Source: Paraspadella gotoi (Eukaryota > Animalia > Chaetognatha). From it: a stretch of 64,000 nucleotides of DNA. Numbering within the stretch: the stretch's first letter is position 1; the number at the start of each line of letters is the position of its first letter. The notes below the pieces were generated by a model that saw only the letters and a program-made list of their open reading frames with translations, was not told where the DNA came from and did no database searches. Shown here one piece after another: positions 26,318-38,859 of this stretch. A program made the translations under genes and the position numbers. Location of the stretch: the NCBI GenBank assembly GCA_051294375.1, contig CM119264.1, positions 222,148-286,147 of the forward strand, read 5' to 3'.

Positions 26318-26494
26318 CTTTCTTTTTTTGTTTTGCTCTTGGGCTTCTTATCGATGTTTTTCAAGGCGAAGGGATATTGTTTTCTCTTTCAGTCTCTTCT
26401 ACTCCTCCTCCTCTTCCTCCACCTCTTCCTCTTCCTCTTCCTTCTCCTCCTCTTTTTCAAATAGAATGATAAACTGACTGACAGACACCTAGCT

Positions 26495-26775
26495 TGTCGA
26501 ACAGTCAGAAAGCCCAGAAGTTCTCTCAGACTTTTTCAGTTGTCACCTAGTGGCTCATTGAGTAATACCATCAGCTCATGACCATTAGGTACCGGGATCG
26601 ATCCCCAATGGTACCTACCCTGCGAGAAGTGTGAAAACGGCCGTAAACCGCCTTGCGTGACCTGGAAAACCTACAAGCCTGGTTCTAAGCCCAGGACCCA
26701 TTCCATGGCTGCTAGAGGGGGTTAAAGACGATAGAATTCTTAAGCCCATCGATGCCATTTAGCGCCACATCAACA
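26495..26775 (+). mobile_element. Family-B tRNA-containing element (near full length)
   Basis: TGTCGA...TCAACA ends. tRNA-like TAGTGGCTCATTGAG...AGCTCATGACC...GGGATCGATCCCC, followed by the CCTGGTTCTAAGCCCAGGACCC...GCTAGAGGGGGTTAAAG body shared with the 40051 copy. No TSD seen. Confidence 0.7.
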
Positions 26776-27002
26776 TGTCAACATCCCGACCGGGGGGAAG
26801 AAAATAAAAATAGACAGATTGACAGTTGGACAGAAGAAAAACCAGTCCGACGGACAGACAGACAAATCCCTTGAGAGAGACGGATTACGACGGACTAATG
26901 GATAATCCTACTTTTTCTTTGTTTTTGCTAAGATTTCATTTTTTTTTTTTCGATTCGTGGCCTTCAACAATTTTGAATACTGATTTTCTTCCCTCGCGCG
27001 AA

Positions 27003-27036
<34 letters not shown>

Positions 27037-27264
27037 NNNNNNNNNNNNNNNNNNNNNNNNNNNNNNNNNNNNNNNNNNNNNNNNNNNNNNNNNNNNNNNN
27101 NNNNNNNNNNNNNNNNNNNNNNNNNNNNNNNNNNNNNNNNNNNNNNNNNNNNNNNNNNNNNNNNNNNNNNNNNNNNNNNNNNNNNNNNNNNNNNNNNNNN
27201 NNNNNNNNNNNNNNNNNNNNNNNNNNNNNNNNNNNNNNNNNNNNNNNNNNNNNNNNNNNNNNNN

Positions 27265-27302
<38 letters not shown>

Positions 27303-28019
27303 GATAAAATGATGAAATGAACATTAAAAAAGGGAAAAAATAAGATTTTAAATAATAATAATAGACAAAAAATTATTGGAAGAGAAAAAATGAAAAAAGT
27401 CGAAACTTGACTCCATTTTTACTTCATTTTCATCTTTGCTTCATTTATTCATTTATTCTAACCGGACATTCCTTGATAAAGACAGACAGACGGACAATAC
27501 ATATATAACTGAGACCGACCGACCATTTTTTGATGTGGACATCGCCAGTGAATTTAAAAAATAAATAAATAAACAAAAAAGGAAAATTTAATAATAAAAA
27601 CAAACAATGAATAAATCCGGAGCCTTAAAAAAAACAAAAAAATGGATAAAAAAAATTTAAAAATAAGGATTAAAAATAATAATTCCTTTATTTCACAAAT
27701 TTGCAAATTTATAAATTGAAAAAGAAATTTACAACATTTTAACCATCTCTTTTTTCATCTTTTTTTTCCATCTTTTATTTCCATCTTTTATTTTGATATC
27801 TTCTTTCCATCTCTTTTTTCCTTATTTTCTTTCCATCCTTTCTTTCCATCTCTTCTTTCCATATTTCTTTTCCATCTTTCCAAAGTTGATATGGGGTCTT
27901 GCTTATTGTTTCCCTTTTGTAAATATGAAGGAGAGATTTTGGAGCCAAAGTCAATTTTGTTATCGCATCCATGGATTCTGTCATGAAATTCGATCTTAGG
28001 AAAAAGACGATAAGAAATA

Positions 28020-28970
28020 TTGATAAATATTGAGAAGATGTAAAATGAAGAGAAATATTAAAAAAGGGATAAAAATTGAGAAATATTTAGAAGATGTAAA
28101 ATAAAGAGAAATATTAAAAAAGAGATAAAAATTGAGAAATATTTAGAAAATGCAAAATAAAGAAAAATATTAAAAAAGATATAAAAATTGAGAAATATTT
28201 AGAAATATTTAGAAGATGTAAAATAAAGAAAAATATTAAAAAATAGATAAAAATTGAGAAATTTTGAGAAATATTTAGAAAATGTAAAATAAAGAGAAAT
28301 ATTAAAAAATATATAAAAATTGAGAAATTTTGAGAAATATTTAGAAGATGTAAAATAAAGAGAAATATTAAAAAATATATAAAAATTAAGAAATTTTGAG
28401 AAATATTCAGAAGATGTAAAATAAAGAGAAATATTAAAAAATAGATAAAAATTGAGAAATTTTGAGAAATATTTAGAAGATGTAAAATAAAGAGAAATAT
28501 TAAAAAATAGATAAAAATTGAGAAATTTTGAGAAATATTTAGAAGATGTAAAATAAAGAGAAATATTAAAAAATAGATAAAAATTGAGAAATTTTGAGAA
28601 ATATTTAGAAGATGAAAAATAAATAGAAATATTAAAACAGAGATAAAAATTGAGAAATTTTAAGAAATATTTAGAAGATGTAAAATAAAGAGAAATATTT
28701 AAAAAGAGATAAAAATTAAGAAATTTTGAGAAATATTTAGAATGTGTAAAATAAAGAGAAATATTAAAAAAGAGATAAAAATTAAGAAATTTTGAGAAAT
28801 ATTTAGAAGATGTAAAATATAGAGAAATAATAAAAAAGAGATAAAAATTAAGAAATTTTGAAATTTTGAAATTTTGAAATTTTGAAATTTTGAAATTTTC
28901 ATCCGACGCTACGCCACAAATATTTAGAAGATGTAAAATAAAGAAAAATATTAAAAAAGAGATGAAAATG
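28020..28970. repeat. AT-rich minisatellite, 66-bp unit (shorter variants at left)
   Basis: ATTTTGAGAA recurs at 28261, 28327 and onward. This explains the 22-aa-repeat pseudo-ORF at 28199-28975. Confidence 0.95.
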
Positions 28971-29641
28971 GACAAAAAGAGTGAAAAATTGAAGTTAAAA
29001 ATTTAAAAAAAATTACGAAATGAAAAATAAAAAATAAAAATTGGATCAAAAGGGAGAATAATTTAACTTAATTTAATTTAATTTAATGGTGAAAACCCAA
29101 ATCATTTACTTTAAACCCTAAATAAGTGAATAAGGCAATTTTATATTTTTTTTGCGTTGTGTCTGAGTAGATTCGAAAAAAGTTGGAAATATTTAAATAT
29201 TGCAAAATTCAATAACATTATGTTGAACTCAACTCATAACATAACATAACATGACATAACATAACATAACAAAACATAACATAACTAATAACAGAAAAAA
29301 GAAAATAAAATGGTTTGCAAGCACAAAATATGTGAGCACAAATGCTTGGCAAATGCTTGGCAAATGCTTGGCAAACACGTGCGTCGATAAAAGTCAGAAA
29401 GAGAAATAATCAAAAAAACTGAAGAGAAAAATGAATTTTCGAATCTTTTTTTCAAAAATGCGTCGACAATGGGAGAAAAGCTGTTGTGAGAAGCGGTTGT
29501 GGGAAGCGGAAAGAAGCGGAAAGGAGCGGAAAGGAGCGGAGACAGACTGAAGCGGCCTCTATCGTCGCCTTATGATTATGGTTGAGTTTCTTTTCAACGT
29601 CGAACGCTGGGGAATTTTAAAGGCGTTTCATTTGAAAAGGC

Positions 29642-29761
<120 letters not shown>

Positions 29762-30070
29762 ACACCATCAACAGGAGTAACAAACAAGAATGGCATTAAA
29801 CTTTTCGCAAAATAAAATATTATTCAAACCACCAGCGTCTTAAAATCATTGAGAATAAAAACAATAATAAAAAAAGTTTGAGCACACAACGCTGTATCTG
29901 CACACGGGAATTTAGCTGTCTGCAGCGAATCAGATGATAATTTATCATTATTCTTACAATATTTTTTAATTTAATATAATACATCAATAATATTTATAAT
30001 TTATAGTTTTTTTCATTTACTAGCGGTTTTAATTCTGGTGCTAATACAGTCGATAGTCGTTAGGGTTTTA

Positions 30071-30265
30071 TGTTGGTTATGGAGTCGGGCATTATCTAAG
30101 ATCACCGCGCTTATAAGCATGACATCTTCAGTTCAGTCATAATCAGCTCATGACCACTAGGTAGTGGGTTCAATCCCAACCCGGTTCCTACCCTGCGGGA
30201 ATCGTGAGGACGGCCGTAAGAAGTTACGGATAGTAGTCTTAAGCCCACTTAGCACCTTTTACACA
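30071..30265 (+). mobile_element. Family-B tRNA-containing element, internally deleted solo-LTR-like copy with TSD
   Basis: TTTA|TGTTGG...TTTTACACA|TTTA gives a 4-bp TSD and TG..CA ends. Contains ATCAGCTCATGACCACTAGG and B box GGGTTCAATCCC, shared with the 26495 and 40051 copies. Confidence 0.7.
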
Positions 30266-31556
30266 TTTATGGTATAATTGTATTGTCTGTTATTGCAAAT
30301 TTCTCTTATATCTTTTTTTTATCTATCTAATCTATAATTTCTTTTTTATCCCATATCTGATTGTTATAATAATACTAAATAATAATAATAATACTAAATA
30401 AGAAAGAATTGGTCGATCTCATTCGCAAATAATTTTATGTCCCATGGTTTATGTTCTCTTTTAGTATTAGGCCTATTTTTGTTTTTTTACTATTCTTGTT
30501 TATAATGTTTAGTAATTATTTTTTAATATTTTTACATAATTATGACAGTCATGTTTGAGAGTGTATTTCTATTCTGGCTGACCTTTTCAAAACTCATAAA
30601 TAGTTTAATTTTAAAAAGTGAAGCAAATAGTCATCCTGGATCAAGGGATGCACTCCCATAATAAAGTCCCATGCATAGAAAGTCAATGATCAAAATATTA
30701 TTGGTTTTACTCTAAGCATCTATCTCAAATATATTTTACTTTCGATTTCTTACTCTCCCCTGGCAAAGCGACTTCTCTCTCCCATAATCAAGATATTTTA
30801 TTACAACTTTTTCTCGTCAAAGTCGATTGAGAGAGAGAAATGAGAGAGAGGTGATGGTAGAAAGAGAAGAGCGAGGAGGAGAGGATTGAGAAGAGAGAAG
30901 AGAGAGAGAGAGAAAAGAGACAGAAATGGGGAAGTAAGATAGATTTTTTGGCAGCTGTTGACGAAGTTTTCCACGTTACGATCTCTCTCTCTCTCTCTCT
31001 TCTCCTCTCTCCTCATCCTCTCTCTCTCTCTCTCTCTCTCTCATCTCTCTCTGTCTCTCTCTCTCTCACACCAAAGTAGCTTTTAAATCGGAAAGGGAAG
31101 AGTCTTTATCGCAAACGACGATCACCGACGACTGACGAAGGTGGATGGACGACGACGAGACGACGACGACGACGAGACGACGACGACGAAATGAAANNNN
31201 NNNNNNNNNNNNNNNNNNNNNNNNNNNNNNNNNNNNNNNNNNNNNNNNNACGACGACGACGATAATGACGACGACGACGATGTTGACGCCGACGAAGACG
31301 ACATAAAAGTGAACGATTAACGATGAGACGAACTGTGAAGGTGAGAGCGAATCTTTGCCTTCGGTGAAGATCACGTGATGTCAGGTCGGGCGACTTTGAG
31401 GTGAGATCACCAGTGAGTGGGTGAGACGAAGTGAACCTCTCGTCGTGATGGGGTGAGAAGGTTCACTGGGGTGCACCGGGGTTCACCGGGGTTCATTTGG
31501 GTTCACTGGGAGAGACCAAGAATTTTCGTTCATTGTCACTGAGCGTCGAAGGTTGT

Positions 31557-31621
<65 letters not shown>

Positions 31622-31699
31622 ATTTATTGCTGAGGGCAGCTTATGGAATTTTTCGTGTCAAGGGCAGGGAAAAGACGCTTAAGGGCATAAAGTGATTAA

Positions 31700-32100
31700 G
31701 GGCAACTAAGGGCATAAATGGGAAAATGGGCAAGCTCTGTTCCCTTTAAGGGCAAATAAGCATAACCAAAGGCAAGCTCTGTTCCCTTTAAGGGCAAAGA
31801 AGCATAGCCAAGAGCAAGCTCGGTTCCCTTTAAGGGCGAAGAAAAGCATAAGAAGAGCAAGCTCTCTGTTCCTTTGAAGGGCAAATAAGCATAGACCAAT
31901 AGGCAAGATCCGTTCCCTTCTAGGGCAACAAAGCAAGTCAAGGGCAAGCTCTGTTTCCTTTAAGGGCCAAAGAAGCATAGCCAAGAGCAAGCTCTGTTCC
32001 CATTAAGAGCAAAGAAGCATAACCAATGGCAAGATCTCTTCCTTTTAAGGTAAAGAAGCATAGGCAAGAGAAAGCTCCTTTCCCTTTAAGGGCAAAGGAG
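31700..32100. repeat. 42-bp minisatellite (AAGGGCAAAGAAGCATAGCCAAGAGCAAGCTCTGTTCCCTTT)
   Basis: ~9 units. Duplicate at ~33255-33645. Confidence 0.9.
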
Positions 32101-32424
32101 TTTCTTTTAGTCTTATGGACGCGAAATTAGGTGGGACGATTTTTAAAATTTCCCCGTCTTTTTATAATCGCTATTTTTATTTTTATTATATTTTTATTAA
32201 TTCTCTGTTGGCAGAAAATCGAGACAAAAAAAGGGATTAAGCAGAAAATCTCCTGGCAACGAACAGTAAACGAACGACTACGCATGCGCGCGCGGGGGAA
32301 AGATGGCAACAGCGCGGACTGAAAAAAAAAGGTGCGCGCGCGAATGAGCGGAAATGTGCGTAACAACGATGAAAACATAAGAGCCAACTGAGCGCATAAA
32401 AATTATCAATGTGCGAACTTACAA

Positions 32425-32617
32425 AGAAGCGAGAGAGAGAAATGAGAGAGGAGGGAGGTAGAAAGAGAGAGAGGAGGAGGGAGAGGATTGGAGAGAGAGA
32501 GAAAGAGAGACGAGAGACGAAGAAGAAGACAAGAAAGGGGAAAAGAAGATAAGATTTCTCTTGCGCAGCGTTGGACGAAGGTTTCCCACGTTACGACTCT
32601 CTCCTCTCTCTTCTCTC

Positions 32618-32655
<38 letters not shown>

Positions 32656-33111
32656 CTCTGTCTCTCTCTCTCTCACACCAAGTAGCTTTAAATCGGAAAG
32701 GGAGAAGAGTCTTATCGCAAACGACGATCACCGACGACTGACGAAGGTGGATGGCGACGACGACGACGCGACGACGACGACGACGACCGAAATGAAAGAC
32801 GACGACGATGATATAGACGGGACGACGGCGACGACGACGATGTTGACGCCGACGAAGACGACAATAAAAGTGAACGATTAAACGATGAGACGAACGTGAA
32901 GGTGAGAGCGAATCTTTGCCTTCGTGAAGATCACGTGATGTCAGGTCGGGCGACTTTGAGGTGAGATCACCAGTGAGTGGTGAGAGAAGTGAACCTCTCG
33001 TCGTGATGGGGTGAGAAGGTTCACTGGGGTGCACGGGGTTCACCGGGTTTCATTTGGGTTCACTGGGAGAGACCAGATTTTCGTTCATTGTCACTGGAGC
33101 GTCGAAGTTGT

Positions 33112-33172
<61 letters not shown>

Positions 33173-33970
33173 ATTTATTGCTGAGGGCAGCTTATGGAAT
33201 TTTTCGTTGTCAAGGGCAGGGAAAAGACGCTTAAGGGCATAAAGTGATTAAGGGCAACTAAGGGCATAAATGGGAAAATGGGCAAGCTCTGTTCCCTTTA
33301 AGGGCAAATAAGCATAACCAAAGGCAAGCTCTGTTCCTTTAAGGGCAAAGAAGCATAGCCAAGAGCAAGCTCTGTTCCCTTTAAGGGCGAAGAAGCATAG
33401 CCAAGAGCAAGCTCTGTTCCTTTAAGGGCAAATAAGCATAACCAAAGGCAAGATCCTGTCCCTTCTAGGGCAACAAAGCAAGTCAAGGGCAAGCTCTGTT
33501 TCCTTTAAGGGCAAAGAAGCATAGCCAAGAGCAAGCTCTGTTCCCATTAATGAGCAAAGAAGCATAACAATGGCAAGATCTTTCACCTTTTAAGGTAAAG
33601 AAGCATAGGCAAGAGAAAGCTCCTTTCCCTTTAATGGCAAAGGAGTTTCTTTTAGTCTTATGGACGCGAAATTAGGGTGGACGATTTTTAAATTTCCGTC
33701 TTTTTATAATGCGCTATTTTTTAATTTTATTAATATTTTTATTAATTTCTCTGTTGGCAGAAAAATCGAGACAAAAAAAGGATTAAGCAGAAAAATCTCC
33801 TGGCAACGAACAGTAAACGAACGACTACGCATGCGCGCGCGGGGGAAAGATGGCAACAGCGCGGACTGAAAAAAAAGGTGCGCGCGCGAATGAGCGGAAA
33901 TGTGCGTACAACGAATGAACAAAGAGCCAACTGAGCGCGCATAAAAATTATCAATGTGCGAACTTACAAA
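32425..33970 (+). repeat. ~1.55-kb tandem duplicate of ~30830-32420 (probable artefact)
   Basis: Colinear copy with indel noise. It spans the N-gap (31197-31249) present in the first copy. Confidence 0.85.
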
Positions 33971-34100
33971 AAGCTAAAAAAAGTTGAAACTTGTCGTAAA
34001 AAAATGGAATTAAACTAATAGATGTAGAAGACGAAAATAATAATAATAAAAGTGAGGAAGAAGGGNNNNNNNNNNNNNNNNNNNNNNNNNTCGCCTCATA

Positions 34101-34451
34101 GGCTTTATTTACCGAGGGTGCCCCATGTTTGTTGCTTTATTTACCGAGGGTGCCCCATGTTTGTTGCTTTATCCCCTACCCGGATTTTAACCTTAATATT
34201 CAACCTAAATATTTTTTTAAGCTTATAAACCAATCCCTCAGCTTAATTCCTAATCTTAATGCTTAATCCTAACCCTAATTCAAAACCTTAACTCATATTC
34301 ATAATTTCTAACCCTAAACGATAATATTTAACCAAAATCATTAACCTTAATCACTAATCTAATATTTAATATAATCCCTAACCCATAACTCTAATGATTA
34401 ACTTAATTTTAGAATTTAAAACTAAATGGGTCGTTGTGAGGAAATAAGGCC
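34101..34451 (-). mobile_element. MITE-like element with GGC-starting ~28-bp TIRs enclosing a degenerate telomere-like (TAACCC) array
   Basis: GGCTTTATTTACCGAGGGTGCCCCATGTTT (locally duplicated) ... AAATGGGTCGTTGTGAGGAAATAAGGCC. Confidence 0.7.
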
Positions 34452-34972
34452 AGTAAATATAGTATGCGCTAAAAAAACATAAATTGAGGCTCATGAGCTG
34501 AAAGGATAAAACGGTGAAACGCTTCGTATTTATAAATACTTTATGAAACGACAGCAGCATCCTTCTCTCTTTCCAAAACAGTATTAACAATTAGTTTAAT
34601 TTGATTTATTAATTAATTAATTTGATTAAATTTTATTGTTTATTTTAATTCTTGACGCGTTTGTTTTGCTTTCGCCTTATTTCGGTTTTTTTTTCCTTCC
34701 AGTATTTGAAAAAATGTCACGTATTTGTGATAATTAATTCTAAGATCCTGAATTTAATGACCTCATTTTTTTCTGATACTGACAATCAGTTCCCTCTCCT
34801 TAATGTCACCATTTTTTTGTGATAGACCCCAGTCCGCCCGATGTCATTTACTGACATCAACTTCCGTTGGATGTCATTATTTTTTCGTTGGTCTTTCTCC
34901 GCGCGTGAGGGATCGACGCGGAAGCACGAGCGTGAGATGTGAAACCAGAGGGAGGATGTGAAGGGGGAGGGA

Positions 34973-35034
<62 letters not shown>

Positions 35035-35286
35035 CTGGCTCTCAGAGTGGCGGACGGGAAAACCTCATGGGACTGAAAAAAATTAATAAAAAAACATGAG
35101 AAAATTAGCTTTTAATTTTATAAACTATATTTGTATCTGTTGGAAATCTTAATATACAAACATAATATGAGAATAATGTGTGATTTTTTTTGAAAATTAG
35201 TAGTATGGAGGGTTTAGCTTTTTTGAAAAATTAAAATTAGTTGAAGGGCCGCTATTTCTCTACATTGAGTGGATTAGAAGGCCTCA

Positions 35287-36191
35287 TTAGTCGGATCTGC
35301 TTATCGCAGATTCCGACACTATAATCCACTTTGTCGGTCCGGCGGTCCCACCCATAAATCTTGTCTGTAAATCAATATTATTATTTCAAAACATCGAATA
35401 ATGATAAATTATGCAAAAAAATGATGTCCGCCCATCTTTCTGTCTCTCTGTCTGTCTGTCCATCCGTCCGTCCATCCGTCTGTCCGTCCATCAGTCCGTC
35501 CACTAAATTATGCAAGTTGACCAAATTATACAAGTTGACCAAATTATGCCAGTTGACCAAAATATGCCTGTTGACCAAATTATGCCAATTGACCAAATTA
35601 TGCAAGATGACAAAATTATGCAAGTTGACCAAAGTGTGCAAGTTGACTAAACTATACAAGTTGAACAAATTATGCCAGTTGACCAAAATATGCCTGTTGA
35701 CCAAATTATGCCAGTTGACCAAATTATACAAGATGACAAATTTATGCAAGTTGACCAAAGTATGCAAGTTGACCAAATTATACAAGTTGACCAAATTATG
35801 CCTGTTGTCCAAATTATGCCAGTTGACCAAATTATGCCAGTTAACCAAATTATGCCATATGACCAAATTATGCCAGATGACCAAATTATGCAAGTTGACC
35901 AAATTATGCAAGTTGACCAAATTATGCAAGTTGACAAATTTATACCAGTTGACTAAATAAAGCCGGTTGACTAAATTATGTCAGTTGACCAAAGTATGCC
36001 AGTTGACCATATTATGCCAGTTGACCTAATTATGCCAGTTGACCAAATTATACCAGTTGACTAAATAATGCCGGTTGATTAAATTATGATGTGATTACAA
36101 ATTAAAAGATTTATTGTGATTCGTCATCTGATTAGCTGTTTACCGCTTAATTATCGTAGGCAGATCCGACATTGTTTGCTCAAACTTGTTT
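35287..36191 (+). mobile_element. Helentron-associated non-autonomous element (HINE/DINE-1-like), family H1
   Basis: 5' subTIR GTCGGATCTGC (35290-35300) with adjacent inverted copy GCAGATTCCGAC, a (GTCT/GTCC)n microsatellite, an internal 18-bp array, 3' subTIR GCAGATCCGAC (36160-36170) and a short terminal hairpin GTTTG-CT-CAAAC. Sits in a T-rich insertion site. Confidence 0.8.
35503..36088. repeat. 18-bp minisatellite (AAATTATGCAAGTTGACC) inside HINE
   Basis: ~32 units. This explains the KLCKLT pseudo-ORF. Confidence 0.95.
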
Positions 36192-36229
36192 TCCTATAAC
36201 GCCCCATTTCTTTATTATTTTATTTTATT

Positions 36230-36862
36230 ATTAAAGATTAAATTGAAAGTTAAGGATTAAATTGAATGTTAAGGATTAAATTGAAAGTTAAGGATTAATT
36301 GGCAATTTAAGAATTAATTTGAAAGTTAAGGATTAAATTGAAAGTTAAGAATTAATTTGAAAGTTAAGGAATAAATTGAATGTTAAGGATTAAATTGAAA
36401 GTTAAGAATTACTTTGAAAGTTAAGGATTAAATTGAATGTTAAGGATAAAATTGAAAGTTAAGGATTTAATTGAAAGTTAATGATTAAATTGAAGGTTAA
36501 GGATTTAATTGAAAGTTAAGGATTAAATTGAATGTTAAGGATTAAATTGAAAGTTAAGGATTTAATTGAAAGTTAAGGATTAAATTAAAAGTTAAGGATT
36601 TAATTGAAAGTTAAGGATTAAATTAAAAGTTAATAATTAAATTGAAAGTTAAGGATTAAATTAAAAGTTATGGATTTAATTGAAAGTTAAGGATTAAATT
36701 ATTAGGAAAAAACAGTTTTTGTTTGACAACTGTTTTTTCCTAATACCTCAAAAACAACGAATGGAGAGTATATACATAATGTATAAGGATTAAATTAAAA
36801 GTTAATGATTAAATTGAAAGTCAAGGATTAAATTAAAAGTTAATGATTAAATTAAAGGTTAA
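36230..36862. repeat. 19-bp minisatellite (AAGGATTAAATTGAAAGTT)
   Basis: AAGGATT recurs at 36252, 36271, 36290 and onward. Interrupted at ~36700-36785. Confidence 0.95.
36700..36745. repeat. Perfect 18-bp-arm hairpin
   Basis: TATTAGGAAAAAACAGTT-(10 nt)-AACTGTTTTTTCCTAATA. Confidence 0.9.
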
Positions 36863-38827
36863 GTAAGGATGTGGTATAAGTTAGGGGTTAAGTTATTGAT
36901 TAGAGTTCGTGATTAGGTTTATAATAAGGGTTAGAGATTTGGGTTAAAGATTAAGGTTTAAGATTATAGGTTAAGGTTAAATATTAAAGATAATGGTTTA
37001 GGATTAGGGAGGGTTAGGGTCAGGGTCTAGGGTTGTGTAAGGGTTAGGTTTAGGGTTAGGGTTAGGGTTTGTGATTAACATTAGGGATTAGGGATAAGGT
37101 TTGTGTTTTAAATTTAAAAACATATATAGATTAAATCATTAGGTTAAAATTAAATTCCGGTATAAATGAACAGAAATGGAACGCTCTGGGAAAATAGAGC
37201 CAAACAATCAAAATATTTCTTTAAATTAAAGCGAGTAGATTTTTCTAAAAAAATTAAGTTAGTTCAAAAAACTTGAGCGAATGAAGGGGGGGGTCAGTGA
37301 TTAGTAAAGGAGGCGGCCGCTGCCACTACGGTCGGGAAAAAGTGAGTTAATCTGTGAATGATGTGTTGAATGCAAAAATGAGTTGGCAAAGCGAGGACCA
37401 ATGCTGACAAAAGGACACGGGTTCTCCTCGCGGCGTCAGGAAAAGGCGTCCCTTTTATGGCGGTATAAACCGCGTTCCGTGGGATTCCCGGAAGCGAAAG
37501 CCGGAAGCGAAAGCCGGAAGCGAAACCGGATTCTCGGCTCCGGATTAGCGACTTTCGTGCGGAGAATTTAGGGCGCAAAAATAAGGCGGTGGGAGGAAAG
37601 TTATGCACGGAGGAGAATGAGAGGAGGGAGGAGAGGAAGAGGAAGGGGAGGAAGAGGAAGGGGAGGAAGAAGAAGGGGAGGAAGAGGAAGGGGAGAGGGA
37701 GGAGGAAGGGGAAGGGAGATGGGGAGGGAGAGAAGAAGGAGGAAGGGAAGAGTGGGAGGAAGAGGAAGAGGGGGAGGGTATGAAATTGCCGAAGATTAAG
37801 TCAAAGACCGAATTAATCCAAAAAAAGATTCTTCAGAGTAGAGTGTTGAATTAACTTGTTTATCTAATTTAGTTTCCTTCAATTTTAATTTAATTTTTTA
37901 ACTATTTTTTTTATTCTTCCTTTATTTCCTCTTTTTTTCCGTTAATTTTCTTTCTTTTTCCTTATTTTCTTTTCCCTAAATTTTTGATCTTGTTCTTTTC
38001 TTTCTTTACTTTTTTCCCTTCTTTTCTTTCCTTTCTCTTTTCTATTCCACTTTTTTCCTTTCCTTCATTTCTTCTTTTTTTCTTTTTTCACTCCTTTTTT
38101 TTTCTTTTCTCCTACTTTTCTTTTCCTTTTTCTTTTCTTTCTTTTCTTTTTTTATTTCTCTTTTTTTCTTTCCTTCATTTCCTCTATTCTTTCTTTTATT
38201 CACTCCTTTTCTTTTTTTTCCTCTTTTTTTCACTCTATTTCTTTCTTTTTCCTCCTTTCTTTCCTTTTTTCTTCCCTTGTATTTCCTTTCCTCTTATTTT
38301 CACTCCTTTTCTTTCCTTTTTTCTTCCCTTTTCTTTTCTTTCCTCCTTTCTTCACTCCTTTTCTTTCCTTTTCCTTCTTTCTTTCCCTTTTTTTCCCTCC
38401 TTTTTTCACTCTTTTTCTTTCCTTTTCCTCCTTTCTTTCCTTTTTTCTTCCCTTTCCTTTCCTCCTTATTTCACTTCTTTTCTTTCCTTTTCCTCCTTTG
38501 TTTTCTTTATTTTCTTTTTTTCCTCCCTTCCCCCCCCAAGGTCATACCTCATCCAAACTCGATCACGATTTTTCTCTTTTCTTTTTTCTCTTTCCCTTGT
38601 TTCTATACATATCTCGCTCTCCGTCTCGAATTTCGTCTCTCTCTCTGTCCGCGCGTTTATAGTTCTTTTATTTATAGCTTATTTTCTCATTCCATATTTC
38701 GTCTTCTTCGTCGTCGTCGGTGGCTGCAGCGGCGGCGACGGCGGCGGCGGCGACGGCGGCGGCGGCGGATTTTCCCGCGTTTCTTCCCTCAAATTAGTTT
38801 CGAACTTTTGCCCCTAGAGGCGGTGTT

Positions 38828-38859
<32 letters not shown>

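Larger units (their letters stand above)
35280..37201 (+). mobile_element. TTAGGG-array MITE-like element with nested HINE and 19-bp satellite
   Basis: The left TIR is split by the HINE: GGCCTCA|...|TTTCCTATAACGCCCCATTT. Right TIR AAATGGAACGCTCTGGGAAAATAGAGCC ends at 37201. TTAGGG-like array at ~36880-37100. Confidence 0.7.

Noticed and set aside
28199-28975. 258-aa ORF with 22-aa repeats
   Set aside because: It is the translation of a 66-bp AT-rich minisatellite, with no domain and no splice or codon evidence.
35361-35960. 199-aa Cys/Lys-rich repetitive ORF (KLCKLT)n
   Set aside because: It is an 18-bp minisatellite inside a HINE, open in several frames and on both strands.
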